NCBI GenBank assembly: GCA_025965315.1
Contig: JAOPXD010000154.1
Span: forward strand, 9,822 to 73,821
DNA: 64,000 nucleotides
Source of the DNA: Marmoricola sp.
Lineage (GTDB): Bacteria > Actinomycetota > Actinomycetes > Propionibacteriales > Nocardioidaceae
Reading direction: 5' to 3'
Shown: positions 31,555 to 39,674 of the stretch, piece after piece
Numbering within the stretch: position 1 is the first letter of the stretch
Layout of the letters: every line of letters starts with the position of its first letter
Notes under the pieces: generated by a model
Databases searched by the model: none
Told to the model about the DNA's origin: nothing
The model's input: the letters and a program-made list of their open reading frames with translations, nothing else
Translations under genes and position numbers: made by a program

Positions 31555-32852
31555 TCGGTGCCGTTCTCCGGGTCGGCGGCTGCCAGCTCCGCCAGCTCGG
31601 GGTCGGGGGCCGGATCCTCTTCGGCCGAGGTCTCGGCGTCGTCTCCGAGGTCGGTGAACGAAGCCAGGTGCTGGGCCACCGCGTTCAGCGCCGCCACCAG
31701 CGGTACGGCGATCAGGGCACCGGGTACGCCGGCAACGATCACCCCGGCTGCGATACCGAGGATCACCCCCAGCGGGTGCACCGAGACGAAGCGACCCATC
31801 AGGAACGGCTGCAGCACGTGCGCCTCGAGCTGCTGGATCAGCACGACCCCACCCAGCATCAGCAATGCCACGACCGGCCCGTGCGCGACCAGTGCCACCA
31901 GGACCGCGACGCCACCGGACGCGAGGGCACCGATCAGCGGCACGAACGCGCCGATGAAGACCAGCACCCCGATGGCACCGACCAGCGGCACCTTCAGGAC
32001 GGCAGCGAAGATCATGATGCCGATGGCGTCGGTGGCCGCAACCAGCACGGTGGCCCGGACGAACTGTGTCAGCGAGTGCCAGGCGACCCTGCCCGAGGAG
32101 TCGGCCCGCTCGCGTGCTGCCCGCGGGAAGAGCCGGACCAGCCAGGCCCAGATCAGGGTGCCGTCGGCGAGGAAGAAGTACGTGGAGAACAAGATGATGA
32201 AGAACCCGGCGATGATCTGGCCGACCGCGACCCCGATGTCGGTCGCGTGCGTGGCCAGGTTCTTGCCCTGGGTGGTCACGAAGTCCTGGGCGTTCGCGAT
32301 CCAGTCGTTGACCTGGGAGTTGCTCGCGTGCAGCGGGCCGGTCCGGAGCCAGTCCTTGATCTGCCCCAGCCCCCCGGACACCTTCTCGGAGAGCTGGTCG
32401 GAACCCGAGGCGATCTGCTGGGTGACGAAGATCAGCAGCAGCACGACGATCGCCAGGCCGCCGAGCACCACGAGCAGTGCCGCCAGCTTGCGCCGGACCC
32501 CGATCCGTTCCAGGAGGGCGACCACGGGAGCGGTCAGCGCCGAGATGAACAGCGCGATGACCACCGGGAAGACGATCTCGGCGAAGAAGTTGAGCCCGAG
32601 CAGGATCAGCCCGAGTGCTGCCGCGATCACCAGGAAGCGCCAGGCATAGGCAGCCACCAGGTCGAAGGACCACGGCACCTGCGCCTGGGTGTAGTTGCTG
32701 GTCCCCCCGGACGATCGCAGGGTCGCCGTCACGCTCTGCGTGACGATCTGCGCGGTACGCCGGTCCTCGGCGTCCTGGAGCTCCTCGTCGGACAGGTCTG
32801 CGCCCGGCTTGCGGATGAGGCGAGCACGCCAGCGGTCAGCGAAATCGGTCAT
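31551..32852 (-). CDS. AI-2E (PerM) family transporter
   Basis: Multi-TM; FVPLIGA, QQLEAHVLQPFLMGRFVSVHP. Confidence 0.9.
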   Translation of the reverse strand: MTDFADRWRARLIRKPGADLSDEELQDAEDRRTAQIVTQSVTATLRSSGGTSNYTQAQVPWSFDLVAAYAWRFLVIAAALGLILLGLNFFAEIVFPVVIALFISALTAPVVALLERIGVRRKLAALLVVLGGLAIVVLLLIFVTQQIASGSDQLSEKVSGGLGQIKDWLRTGPLHASNSQVNDWIANAQDFVTTQGKNLATHATDIGVAVGQIIAGFFIILFSTYFFLADGTLIWAWLVRLFPRAARERADSSGRVAWHSLTQFVRATVLVAATDAIGIMIFAAVLKVPLVGAIGVLVFIGAFVPLIGALASGGVAVLVALVAHGPVVALLMLGGVVLIQQLEAHVLQPFLMGRFVSVHPLGVILGIAAGVIVAGVPGALIAVPLVAALNAVAQHLASFTDLGDDAETSAEEDPAPDPELAELAAADPENGTE

Positions 32853-32853
32853 C

Positions 32854-33204
32854 TCAGCGCGCCTTCTCGATCACCATGATCACCGAGAGGATCACCACGC
32901 CGAACAGGGACGTGGTGAGCAGCAGCGGCACCGGCGAGGACGGGATCGGCTTCCCGCTCGCGATCGCGTGGTTGACCGCCAGGTAGCGGTAGTGCCCGCC
33001 GATCGCGGCCACGGCACCCCCGACGACGAGGACCAGGCACAGGATCAGCAGCAGCGGACCGCCGTCGAGGAAGTGCGCGAAACCGACGGCGGCGACGATC
33101 AGTGCGATCGCGGTCCGCTGGTAGGCGAGCAGGGTGCGTTCGCTCGCCAGCGCGAACCGCAGGTCAGGCTCAGCGGCGATGATCGGCTCGGGCAGCTCAC
33201 TCAC
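32854..33204 (-). CDS. YidH/DUF202 membrane protein
   Basis: EPDLRFALASERTLLAYQRT; GTG at 33204 overlaps the metB stop. Confidence 0.88.
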   Translation of the reverse strand: MSELPEPIIAAEPDLRFALASERTLLAYQRTAIALIVAAVGFAHFLDGGPLLLILCLVLVVGGAVAAIGGHYRYLAVNHAIASGKPIPSSPVPLLLTTSLFGVVILSVIMVIEKAR

Positions 33205-34369
33205 GGCCGGGCTCCAGGGCTCGTTCGAGGTCGGCCACCAGGTCCTCGGCGGTCTCGATCCCGACACTGAGCCGGATCAAGTCACCGGGCACCTCGAGAT
33301 CCGTTCCGGCGACGCTTGCGTGGGTCATCCGACCCGGGTGCTCGATCAACGACTCCACCCCTCCCAACGACTCACCGAGGGTGAAGACCTCGGCGCGGGC
33401 ACACACCTCGAGCGCGTGCTCCTCACCACCGGTCACCCGGAACGAGATGATCCCGCCGTACCGCTTCATCTGCCGGCTCGCGACCGCGTGACCCGGGTGC
33501 TCGGCCAGGCCCGGGTAGATCACCTCGGCGACCTGCGGGTGGTTGACCAGGAACTCGACGACCAGCTCCGCGTTGTCGCAGTGCCGGTCCATCCGTACGC
33601 CGAGGGTCTTGAGCCCGCGATGGGTCAGGAAGCAGTCGAACGGACCGGGGACAGCGCCCATCGCGTTCTGGTGGAACCCGATCGCCTCCGCGACAGCCAG
33701 GTCGCGGACGACCACGGCACCGCCGACCACGTCGGAGTGGCCACCGACGTACTTCGTGGTCGAGTGCACGACCAGGTCGGCGCCGAGGGTCAGCGGCTGC
33801 TGCAGGTACGGCGACGCGAAGGTGTTGTCGACCACGAGCAGCGCCCCGGCGTCGTGGGCGATCCCGGCGAGCGCCTCGATGTCGCCGATGTTGAGCAGCG
33901 GGTTCGTCGGGGTCTCGATCCACACCAGCTTGGTCCGGCCCGGCCGGATCGCCGCCCGCACCGAGTCCAGGTCGGAGACCGCCGCCGGGCTGTTCTCGAT
34001 GCCCCACGGGCCGGCGACCTTGTCGATCAGCCGGAAGGTGCCGCCGTACGCGTCGTCGGGGATGACGACGTGGTCGCCGGGCCTGGTCAGCGAGCGCAGC
34101 ACGGTGTCCTCGGCGGCGAGCCCGGACGCGAACGCGAACGCGCGCTCACCCTCCTCGAGGGCCGCGAGCGCGCCTTCGAGGGCGGTCCGCGTGGGGTTGC
34201 CCGAGCGGCTGTACTCGTAGCCGCCGCGGAGCCCGCCGACGCCGTCCTGCTTGTAGGTGCTGGTCGCGTAGATCGGCGGGATCACCGCGCCCGTAGTCGG
34301 GTCCGGGTCGTAGCCGGCGTGGATCGCACGCGTCTCGAACCCTGACTTGAAGCGATGTTCTTGGCTCAC
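33197..34369 (-). CDS. metB: Cystathionine gamma-synthase/lyase
   Basis: YEYSRSGNPTR, WIETPTNP, HSTTKYVGGHSD, ESLGGVESL. Confidence 0.93.
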   Translation of the reverse strand: MSQEHRFKSGFETRAIHAGYDPDPTTGAVIPPIYATSTYKQDGVGGLRGGYEYSRSGNPTRTALEGALAALEEGERAFAFASGLAAEDTVLRSLTRPGDHVVIPDDAYGGTFRLIDKVAGPWGIENSPAAVSDLDSVRAAIRPGRTKLVWIETPTNPLLNIGDIEALAGIAHDAGALLVVDNTFASPYLQQPLTLGADLVVHSTTKYVGGHSDVVGGAVVVRDLAVAEAIGFHQNAMGAVPGPFDCFLTHRGLKTLGVRMDRHCDNAELVVEFLVNHPQVAEVIYPGLAEHPGHAVASRQMKRYGGIISFRVTGGEEHALEVCARAEVFTLGESLGGVESLIEHPGRMTHASVAGTDLEVPGDLIRLSVGIETAEDLVADLERALEPGRE

Positions 34370-34440
34370 GCTGGCGAGCCTAGTTGGTCAGCAGCCGCGG
34401 TGCCGCGTAGCCGTCACGACCCGGCCTCGTTGGTCACCAC

Positions 34441-35370
34441 ATGCCCCTCCGCCGCTCGCTCACGGCAGCCGTCGCCGGCCTGACCGTCGCGCTCGCCCTC
34501 GGCACGCTCGCCGCCCCGGCGCACGCCGATCCGCTCGATCCGATCAACGCGCTGCTGCAGCCGTCGCTGTTCGACCCGATCGTCGGAGCGCTGCCGGCCT
34601 ACCCGACGCCGTACAAGCCGTACACCGGGACGATCTGCCGGAGCGGCAGCCCGCAGTGCATCGTCGACGTGATCGCCGAGATGCAGGCGCGGCTCGTACC
34701 CCTGGCCGCGAGCTGCAGCCACGACGCGATCTTCTCGCTCGCGTACCTGCGGGTGACCCAGAACGTGAAGGCGGCGGCCGACAACGGCTACTTCCACGAC
34801 CGTGCCTGGCTGACCCGGATCGACGCCGTGTTCGCGCAGAAGTACTTCGACACGATGGATGCCTGGAACGCGGGCGACACCGCTGCGGTCCCGAAGGCCT
34901 GGCAGCTCGCGCTCACGGCCACCCGCGACCGGACCATGAGCGGGCTGGGCGACTTCCTGATGAACATGAACGCCCACATCAACAACGACTTCCCCTACGT
35001 CCTCGCGCAGGTCGGCCTGACCGCCGCGGACGGAACCACGCACAAGCCCGACCACAACGCGTACAACGATCGTCTCGACTCGCTGTACCAGCCGGTCTTC
35101 GACGAGGAGACCGCGCGCTTCGACCCGACCTTCAACAAGATCAACATCGGGAACGTCGACGAGGTCCTGGTCGGCGCGATCATGCGCGGCTGGCGCGAGA
35201 TCGTCTGGCGGCACGCGGAGGCGCTCGTCAACGCACCAGCCCTGCTGCGGCCGGTGATCGAGCAGGAGATCGCCGACTACGCCGCCACCCAGGCCGAGTT
35301 CATCAAGCAGGTCTTCGCGAAGAAGGACCCCTCCGCACGGGACGCCTACTGCGCCCTGCACCACGGCTGA
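34441..35370 (+). CDS. Secreted DUF5995-like protein
   Basis: Signal peptide; FSLAYLRVT, FAQKYF, MNAHINNDFP. Confidence 0.75.
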   Translation: MPLRRSLTAAVAGLTVALALGTLAAPAHADPLDPINALLQPSLFDPIVGALPAYPTPYKPYTGTICRSGSPQCIVDVIAEMQARLVPLAASCSHDAIFSLAYLRVTQNVKAAADNGYFHDRAWLTRIDAVFAQKYFDTMDAWNAGDTAAVPKAWQLALTATRDRTMSGLGDFLMNMNAHINNDFPYVLAQVGLTAADGTTHKPDHNAYNDRLDSLYQPVFDEETARFDPTFNKINIGNVDEVLVGAIMRGWREIVWRHAEALVNAPALLRPVIEQEIADYAATQAEFIKQVFAKKDPSARDAYCALHHG

Positions 35371-35437
35371 GCCGTCACCGGGACGTAATCCCCGCAGCGG
35401 GCATTCCCGAACGTGGCCGGGCACACTGGTACGGACG

Positions 35438-35463
35438 GGAACAGTGCCGCAGCTGCCGCGGTT
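35438..35463 (+). promoter_or_regulatory. SigR/SigH-type promoter of msrA
   Basis: GGAAC-N18-GTT, matching the known GGAA(T/C)-N18-GTT consensus. Confidence 0.7.
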
Positions 35464-35494
35464 GTCACGGGTGCACCCGAGGTGAGGAGAACCG

Positions 35495-36139
35495 ATGTTG
35501 TTCAACAAGTTCAAGACCCAGGTCGTCGACCCGGAGCACGCCCTGGCGGGCCGTGCCGAGCCCGGGTTCCGGCTCTCCGAACGGCACCGCGTGCTCGACG
35601 CTCCCCTGGTCACCGACGAGGTCCCCGCGGGCTACGAGGTGGCGCTGTTCGGTCTCGGCTGCTTCTGGGGATCCGAGGAGATCTTCTGGCAGGTCCCCGG
35701 CGTGTGGTCGACCTCGGTCGGGTACGCCGGCGGAACGACCCCCAACCCGTCGTACGAAGAGGTCTGCTCGGGCCGCACCGGTCACACCGAGGCAGTCCGG
35801 GTCGTCTTCGATCCCACGAAGGTCAGCTACGCCGACCTGGTCGCAGCGTTCTACGAGGTGCACGACCCCACGCAGAGCATGCGCCAGGGCAACGACGTCG
35901 GCACCCAGTACCGCTCCGCGATCTACACCTTCTCCGACGAGCAGGCGCAGGTCGCCAAGGAGGTCACCGAGCGCTACCAGCCCGAGCTCACCAAGCGCGG
36001 CTACGGCAGCATCGCGACCGAGATCAAGCCGGCCGTCGAGTACTTCTACGCCGAGGACCACCACCAGCAGTACCTGGCGAAGAACGTAAACGGATACCGC
36101 TGTCACAGCTCGACAGGTATCAAGGTCCCGCGGGACTGA
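35495..36139 (+). CDS. msrA: Peptide methionine sulfoxide reductase A
   Basis: FGLGCFWGSE, YEEVCSGRTGHTE, QGNDVGTQYRS, YYAE-like FYAEDHHQQYL, GYRCH. Confidence 0.96.
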   Translation: MLFNKFKTQVVDPEHALAGRAEPGFRLSERHRVLDAPLVTDEVPAGYEVALFGLGCFWGSEEIFWQVPGVWSTSVGYAGGTTPNPSYEEVCSGRTGHTEAVRVVFDPTKVSYADLVAAFYEVHDPTQSMRQGNDVGTQYRSAIYTFSDEQAQVAKEVTERYQPELTKRGYGSIATEIKPAVEYFYAEDHHQQYLAKNVNGYRCHSSTGIKVPRD

Positions 36140-36288
36140 GGTGAGTGGCACGCCGGTTATCGGGGCGTGGTCGGCATTGTCTCGGCCAGGTCGTCCGCCG
36201 GGGCCGTTCTCCCGCGCTGTGGTGTCTGCGCACGTGGTGTCCGGTTACCTCACGCGCCTAGAACCAGCCCGCCACCTCACCAATGACG

Positions 36289-36320
36289 AGCGCCCCCGCA
36301 CCGGACGGTGCAGGGGCGCT
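36289..36320 (-). terminator. Terminator of the islet operon
   Basis: AGCGCCCCTGCACC-GTCC-GGTGCGGGGGCGCT 14-bp stem with one U-G pair on the minus strand, 19 nt after the stop at 36339. Confidence 0.7.
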
Positions 36321-36338
36321 GCTGGTGTCTCTACGACG

Positions 36339-37058
36339 TCAAGGTCTCGGCGTCGGTGCGGTGGTGCCCCCACCTGGGCCGTTCATCCCGCTGGTGCCAG
36401 TACCTGAGCCGGAGCCCGTACCCGACCCCGGGCCTCCAGCCGCCTGCTTCAACGACTGGGTCGCGTCCGCGGCCTCGTCCTTGACCGTCTCGGCCGAGGA
36501 GCTCGCCTCGTCCTCAACCATCTCGGCGGAGGACTTCACCTCCTCCTGGACGTGCGCAGCGCCGTCCCGGGCCGTCTCCATCAGGTCCCCGGCCGCACTC
36601 GTCGCGGCGTCTTTCAGGTTCTGCGCGCCTTCCTCGATCACCGGCTGTGCCTGCTCCTTAGCAGCGTCGACCGCCTTCCTGGCGACGTCGGCTTCCTGCT
36701 TGCTCGCCGGGATTATCGACGAGACGACCAGGCCGACGCCGAAGGCAGCCAGACCGGCAGCGAGGGGGTTCCCCTTCGCTGTCCGGACCGCGCCCTGCGC
36801 GCCGTGGGCCACGCTGTGTGCGGCGTCCTGAGCGGAGCCGGCCACGTCGGAGGCCTTGTCGGTCATGGTGCTTCCGGCGTCGGAGGCGGTGCCCATCACC
36901 GACTCACGGATCGAGCTGAGCCGGTTGACGGCGGCCTGCTTCTGGCGGTGCACTACCTTCCCCGGGCTCACCTTGTCGCTGAACTCGTCGACGTCCCGCG
37001 CCAGGTTTCGCCGGGACTCCTCGATGCTGCCGGTCAGTTCTTCTGTGCTTTGGCCCAT
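36339..37058 (-). CDS. DUF3618-like protein with helical repeats
   Basis: MGQSTEELTGSIEESRRNLARDVDEFSDKVSP, GNPLAAGLAAFGVGLVVSSIIP. Confidence 0.8.
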   Translation of the reverse strand: MGQSTEELTGSIEESRRNLARDVDEFSDKVSPGKVVHRQKQAAVNRLSSIRESVMGTASDAGSTMTDKASDVAGSAQDAAHSVAHGAQGAVRTAKGNPLAAGLAAFGVGLVVSSIIPASKQEADVARKAVDAAKEQAQPVIEEGAQNLKDAATSAAGDLMETARDGAAHVQEEVKSSAEMVEDEASSSAETVKDEAADATQSLKQAAGGPGSGTGSGSGTGTSGMNGPGGGTTAPTPRP

Positions 37059-37471
37059 TGCACGTCCTCCTTCAGGGTCTGCTGGGTCTCGGGAAGTTGC
37101 GGGTTGCTCTCCTTGAGCTTCGCCTTCCCCCGGAGTGCAAGCACCGCGGCTGCGGCACCGTAGATGACTGCGACGATCAAGCTTGCGAGTTCGCGCGGCA
37201 TCCAGTTGTCGAGCAGGTAAACCAGCGCCAGGGACCCGAAGAACACCGCGAAGTAGCCGGCCAGACCGGCGCCCCCGAACATCCCTGCGCCCTTCGCCGC
37301 CGTAGTCGCCTCCTTCTTGAGCTCGACCTTCGCGAGGTCCAGCTCGGCACGGACCAGGGAACTCAGGTCGGTGCTGATATCGGAGACGATCGCCCCGAGC
37401 GAGCGGGGCTCCCCCTCGCGCTGCTGGCCAACCTCCTGACCGACGTGCTGCCCCACCTGAGGTGCTGTCAC
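37034..37471 (-). CDS. Actinobacterial holin-like membrane protein (Phage_holin_3_6)
   Basis: SLGAIVSDISTDLSSLVRAELDLAKVE, two TMs, LPETQQTLKEDVQWAK. Confidence 0.85.
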   Translation of the reverse strand: MTAPQVGQHVGQEVGQQREGEPRSLGAIVSDISTDLSSLVRAELDLAKVELKKEATTAAKGAGMFGGAGLAGYFAVFFGSLALVYLLDNWMPRELASLIVAVIYGAAAAVLALRGKAKLKESNPQLPETQQTLKEDVQWAKAQKN

Positions 37472-38133
37472 AACAGATCACCGCCCTGCGGCGGCACCAC
37501 CGGGGCGGCGGGGTGCGCGGCACCCGTCTTGTCGGCAGGAACCGGCGAGGGCGCGACCGCGCCAGCGTTGCTTAGCGGGGTGCCCTGCGTGCCGTTGCTG
37601 GTCTGCGGCGAGCTGGGGGCGTCCTTCGCGCCGCGGACCAGACGTCCGGCGACGACCCCGGCGGCAAGTGCACCGAGGAGGAAGGTGCCGGGCCGACGTT
37701 GGGCGAAGGTCTTGACGTCGTCCAGCAACTCCCGCGGCTCGCGGCCATCGATGCTGCTGGACAGCTGCCGGGCCTTGTCCGCCACCTGTCGTGTTAGGTC
37801 CGCAGCGACTCCCCCGTGGGCGCTCGAAGCCATCTGCTCCAGGTCCTCGCCGAAGTTCCGCAGCGTGTCGACGAGGCGGTCCCGCTGGACGTGGGACTGC
37901 TCCTCGACCTGCTTCAGCGACTCGTCGAGCAGCGCCCGGGCATGGTCTTTGGTCTCGGCGGCGAGGTTCTGAGCCTCGTCACGTGCCGTGCCGGCCACCT
38001 GGCCAGCCTGTTCCTTCGCGGCGCTGGCCACCTGAGCGGCCTGCTCCTTGGCGGTCTCGGTCGTCGAGCTGGCCTTGTCCGCCGCTTCCTGTTTCAGATC
38101 CGAGACTTTCTCGGACACGTTAGTACTGGTCAT
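37468..38133 (-). CDS. Hypothetical helical-repeat protein (first gene of the holin/DUF3618 operon)
   Basis: ATG 38133 after GAAGGAG; AKEQAxQVA repeats; RRPGTFLLGALAAGVVAGRL. Confidence 0.8.
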   Translation of the reverse strand: MTSTNVSEKVSDLKQEAADKASSTTETAKEQAAQVASAAKEQAGQVAGTARDEAQNLAAETKDHARALLDESLKQVEEQSHVQRDRLVDTLRNFGEDLEQMASSAHGGVAADLTRQVADKARQLSSSIDGREPRELLDDVKTFAQRRPGTFLLGALAAGVVAGRLVRGAKDAPSSPQTSNGTQGTPLSNAGAVAPSPVPADKTGAAHPAAPVVPPQGGDLL

Positions 38134-38342
38134 CTGATCTCTCCTTCGTGCTAGGCAGAGCGCGTATCTAATGACTACCCAGCACTCCGAGGCGTATGCG
38201 CAGGTCTGCCGGACGGGCCGCTGAGTACGCTTGGAACGGTCCTCGGGGTACCGGGTGCGACCGAAGACCCTCTGACCCGCGGACACCCGAGGGATCACAG
38301 GACTCAAGTTCGTGAATGAACTATCGCCAGCTCACGACTGCT

Positions 38343-38422
38343 ACCACCAGCAGTACCTGGCGAAGAACCCGTTCGGGTACCGCTGCCACTCGGCGACGGG
38401 GATCAAGGTCCCGACCGCCTGA
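38343..38422 (+). pseudogene. msrA: Displaced 3' fragment of msrA
   Basis: Reads YHQQYLAKNPFGYRCHSATGIKVPTA* with host-like GC-ending codons; no upstream msrA body. Confidence 0.85.
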
Positions 38423-38438
38423 CCCGGTTCGACGAACA

Positions 38439-38464
38439 TGTCGTATCCACCTTCCACCGTTCGT
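38439..38464 (+). promoter_or_regulatory. ECF-type promoter, copy 1
   Basis: TGTCGTATCC-N8-CCGTTCGT; overlapped by a perfect 12-bp hairpin CCACCTTCCACC/GGTGGAAGGTGG. Confidence 0.6.
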
Positions 38465-38511
38465 GGACAAGGTGGAAGGTGGTCAGAGCGGCCGCCGAAC
38501 GAGGAGGAGTC

Positions 38512-38877
38512 ATGCCCCAGTACGTGATCGTGTTCAACGCCGAGTGGGTTCCCGACCTCACCGAGGATCAGATCCTGGAGCGCGCTGAGGCCACCGGGGT
38601 GCTGGCCGGCGAGATGAAGGCCGCCGGGGTGTGGGTGTTCGGAGGCGGCCTCGACGCTGATTCGCTGGTGGCCGGCGTCGACCTGGTCGACAGCAAGCCG
38701 GTGCTGCTCGACGGCCCGTACGCCGAGACGAAGGAGCATCTCGGCGGCTTCTGCGTCGTGGACGTGCCCGATGACGAGACGGCCAGCGGCTGGGCCGCGA
38801 AGGTTGCCGTCGCGTGCGGATGGCCGCAGCAGCTGCACCGGTTGGGGGTCCCGCCGCACCTGCGGGGCGACCGGTAG
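38512..38877 (+). CDS. YciI/DGPF family protein
   Basis: DGPYAETKEHLGGF; GAGGAGGAG RBS. Confidence 0.9.
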   Translation: MPQYVIVFNAEWVPDLTEDQILERAEATGVLAGEMKAAGVWVFGGGLDADSLVAGVDLVDSKPVLLDGPYAETKEHLGGFCVVDVPDDETASGWAAKVAVACGWPQQLHRLGVPPHLRGDR

Positions 38878-38910
38878 CTCCTGGCACCTGCTCGAGTGTG
38901 CAGGGCGCGC

Positions 38911-38936
38911 TGTCGTATCCGGCTGCCGCCGTTCGT
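38911..38936 (+). promoter_or_regulatory. ECF-type promoter, copy 2
   Basis: TGTCGTATCC-N8-CCGTTCGT, same arms and spacing as copy 1. Confidence 0.6.
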
Positions 38937-38983
38937 TGAGAAGCTGGACGCGGCCGCACGGGTCACGCCGAGTAGGAGGAGAC

Positions 38984-39337
38984 ATGCCTGAGTACCTGAT
39001 CGCGTTCAACGACGAGTGGGTCGGCGACCACACCGACGAGGAACTCCGGGAGAAGTCCAGGGTCCTCAAGCCGTTGATCGCGGAGATGAAGGCTCTCGGC
39101 GTCCTGATCTTCACCGGTGGCCTGGACGACGCTGCGCCCGTCTTCAGCGTGGACGCCTCGACCGGTACGCCGCTGTTCACCGACGGCCCGTTCGCCGAGA
39201 CGAAGGAGCACCTCGGCGGCTTCGCGGTCGTGGACGTCGCAGACGAGGACGCCGCGCGGCTGTGGGCGGGAAAGATCGCGACTGCCTGCGGTTGGCCCCA
39301 GGAGGTCCACCGGTTCCAGCCCCACCCCGAGCAGTGA
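38984..39337 (+). CDS. YciI/DGPF family protein (paralog)
   Basis: TDGPFAETKEHLGGF; AGGAGGAG RBS. Confidence 0.9.
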   Translation: MPEYLIAFNDEWVGDHTDEELREKSRVLKPLIAEMKALGVLIFTGGLDDAAPVFSVDASTGTPLFTDGPFAETKEHLGGFAVVDVADEDAARLWAGKIATACGWPQEVHRFQPHPEQ

Positions 39338-39339
39338 CG

Positions 39340-39674
39340 CCCGGCTACCTGACGGAACGTGCCTCGGGTGATCTCGGTGAGCCGGTCGGCATCCTCGACG
39401 TGGAGGTACAGGCTCGTCGAGCTCGCTGCTGCGTCGTCCGCTGGTAGTGCTCGACGGCTCACGCGACGTCGTCGACGCGGAAGATCGGCTCGTGGCCCAC
39501 GACCCGAACCGGACCGCCGGTGCGGGCGATCTGGAGATCCCGTTGGCTGGTCATCCAGTCGATGCAGTCGTAGCAGACCCGAACGTCCGTGTCGGGCCAC
39601 AACCTCACAGAACCGCGCGTCAACGGCTCCTCGCAGCACGCACAGGCCGGCGCAGCTGGCAGCAGGTCGCTCAC
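39340..39674 (-). pseudogene. Decayed Cys-rich + VOC/bleomycin-resistance-like gene
   Basis: CACC...CYDC N-terminus, then PIFRVDDVA*AVEHYQR (in-frame TGA), and SLYLHVEDADRL in a shifted frame after an apparent deletion. Confidence 0.6.

Larger units (their letters stand above)
36060..38368. mobile_element. Integrated islet in the msrA 3' end, bounded by a 26-bp direct repeat; no integrase inside
   Basis: ACCACCAGCAGTACCTGGCGAAGAAC at 36060-36085 and 38343-38368, each followed by a different msrA C-terminal coding tail. Confidence 0.8.

Noticed and set aside
30334-32673. 779-aa ORF suggesting a long N-terminal extension on IlvA
   Set aside because: The upstream part is an alternate frame of the AI-2E gene; the real start is ATG 31554, coupled to that gene's stop.
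34370-34440. SAM/SAH riboswitch upstream of metB (also checked upstream of cbs)
   Set aside because: The gaps are short or lack the consensus elements.
37034-37471. Holin-like gene as evidence of a prophage
   Set aside because: No endolysin, structural or replication genes; this family normally occurs in a chromosomal three-gene operon.
39459-39461. In-frame TGA as possible selenocysteine or readthrough
   Set aside because: The position corresponds to a non-catalytic residue, the downstream sequence is deleted and frameshifted, and no SECIS-like hairpin is evident.
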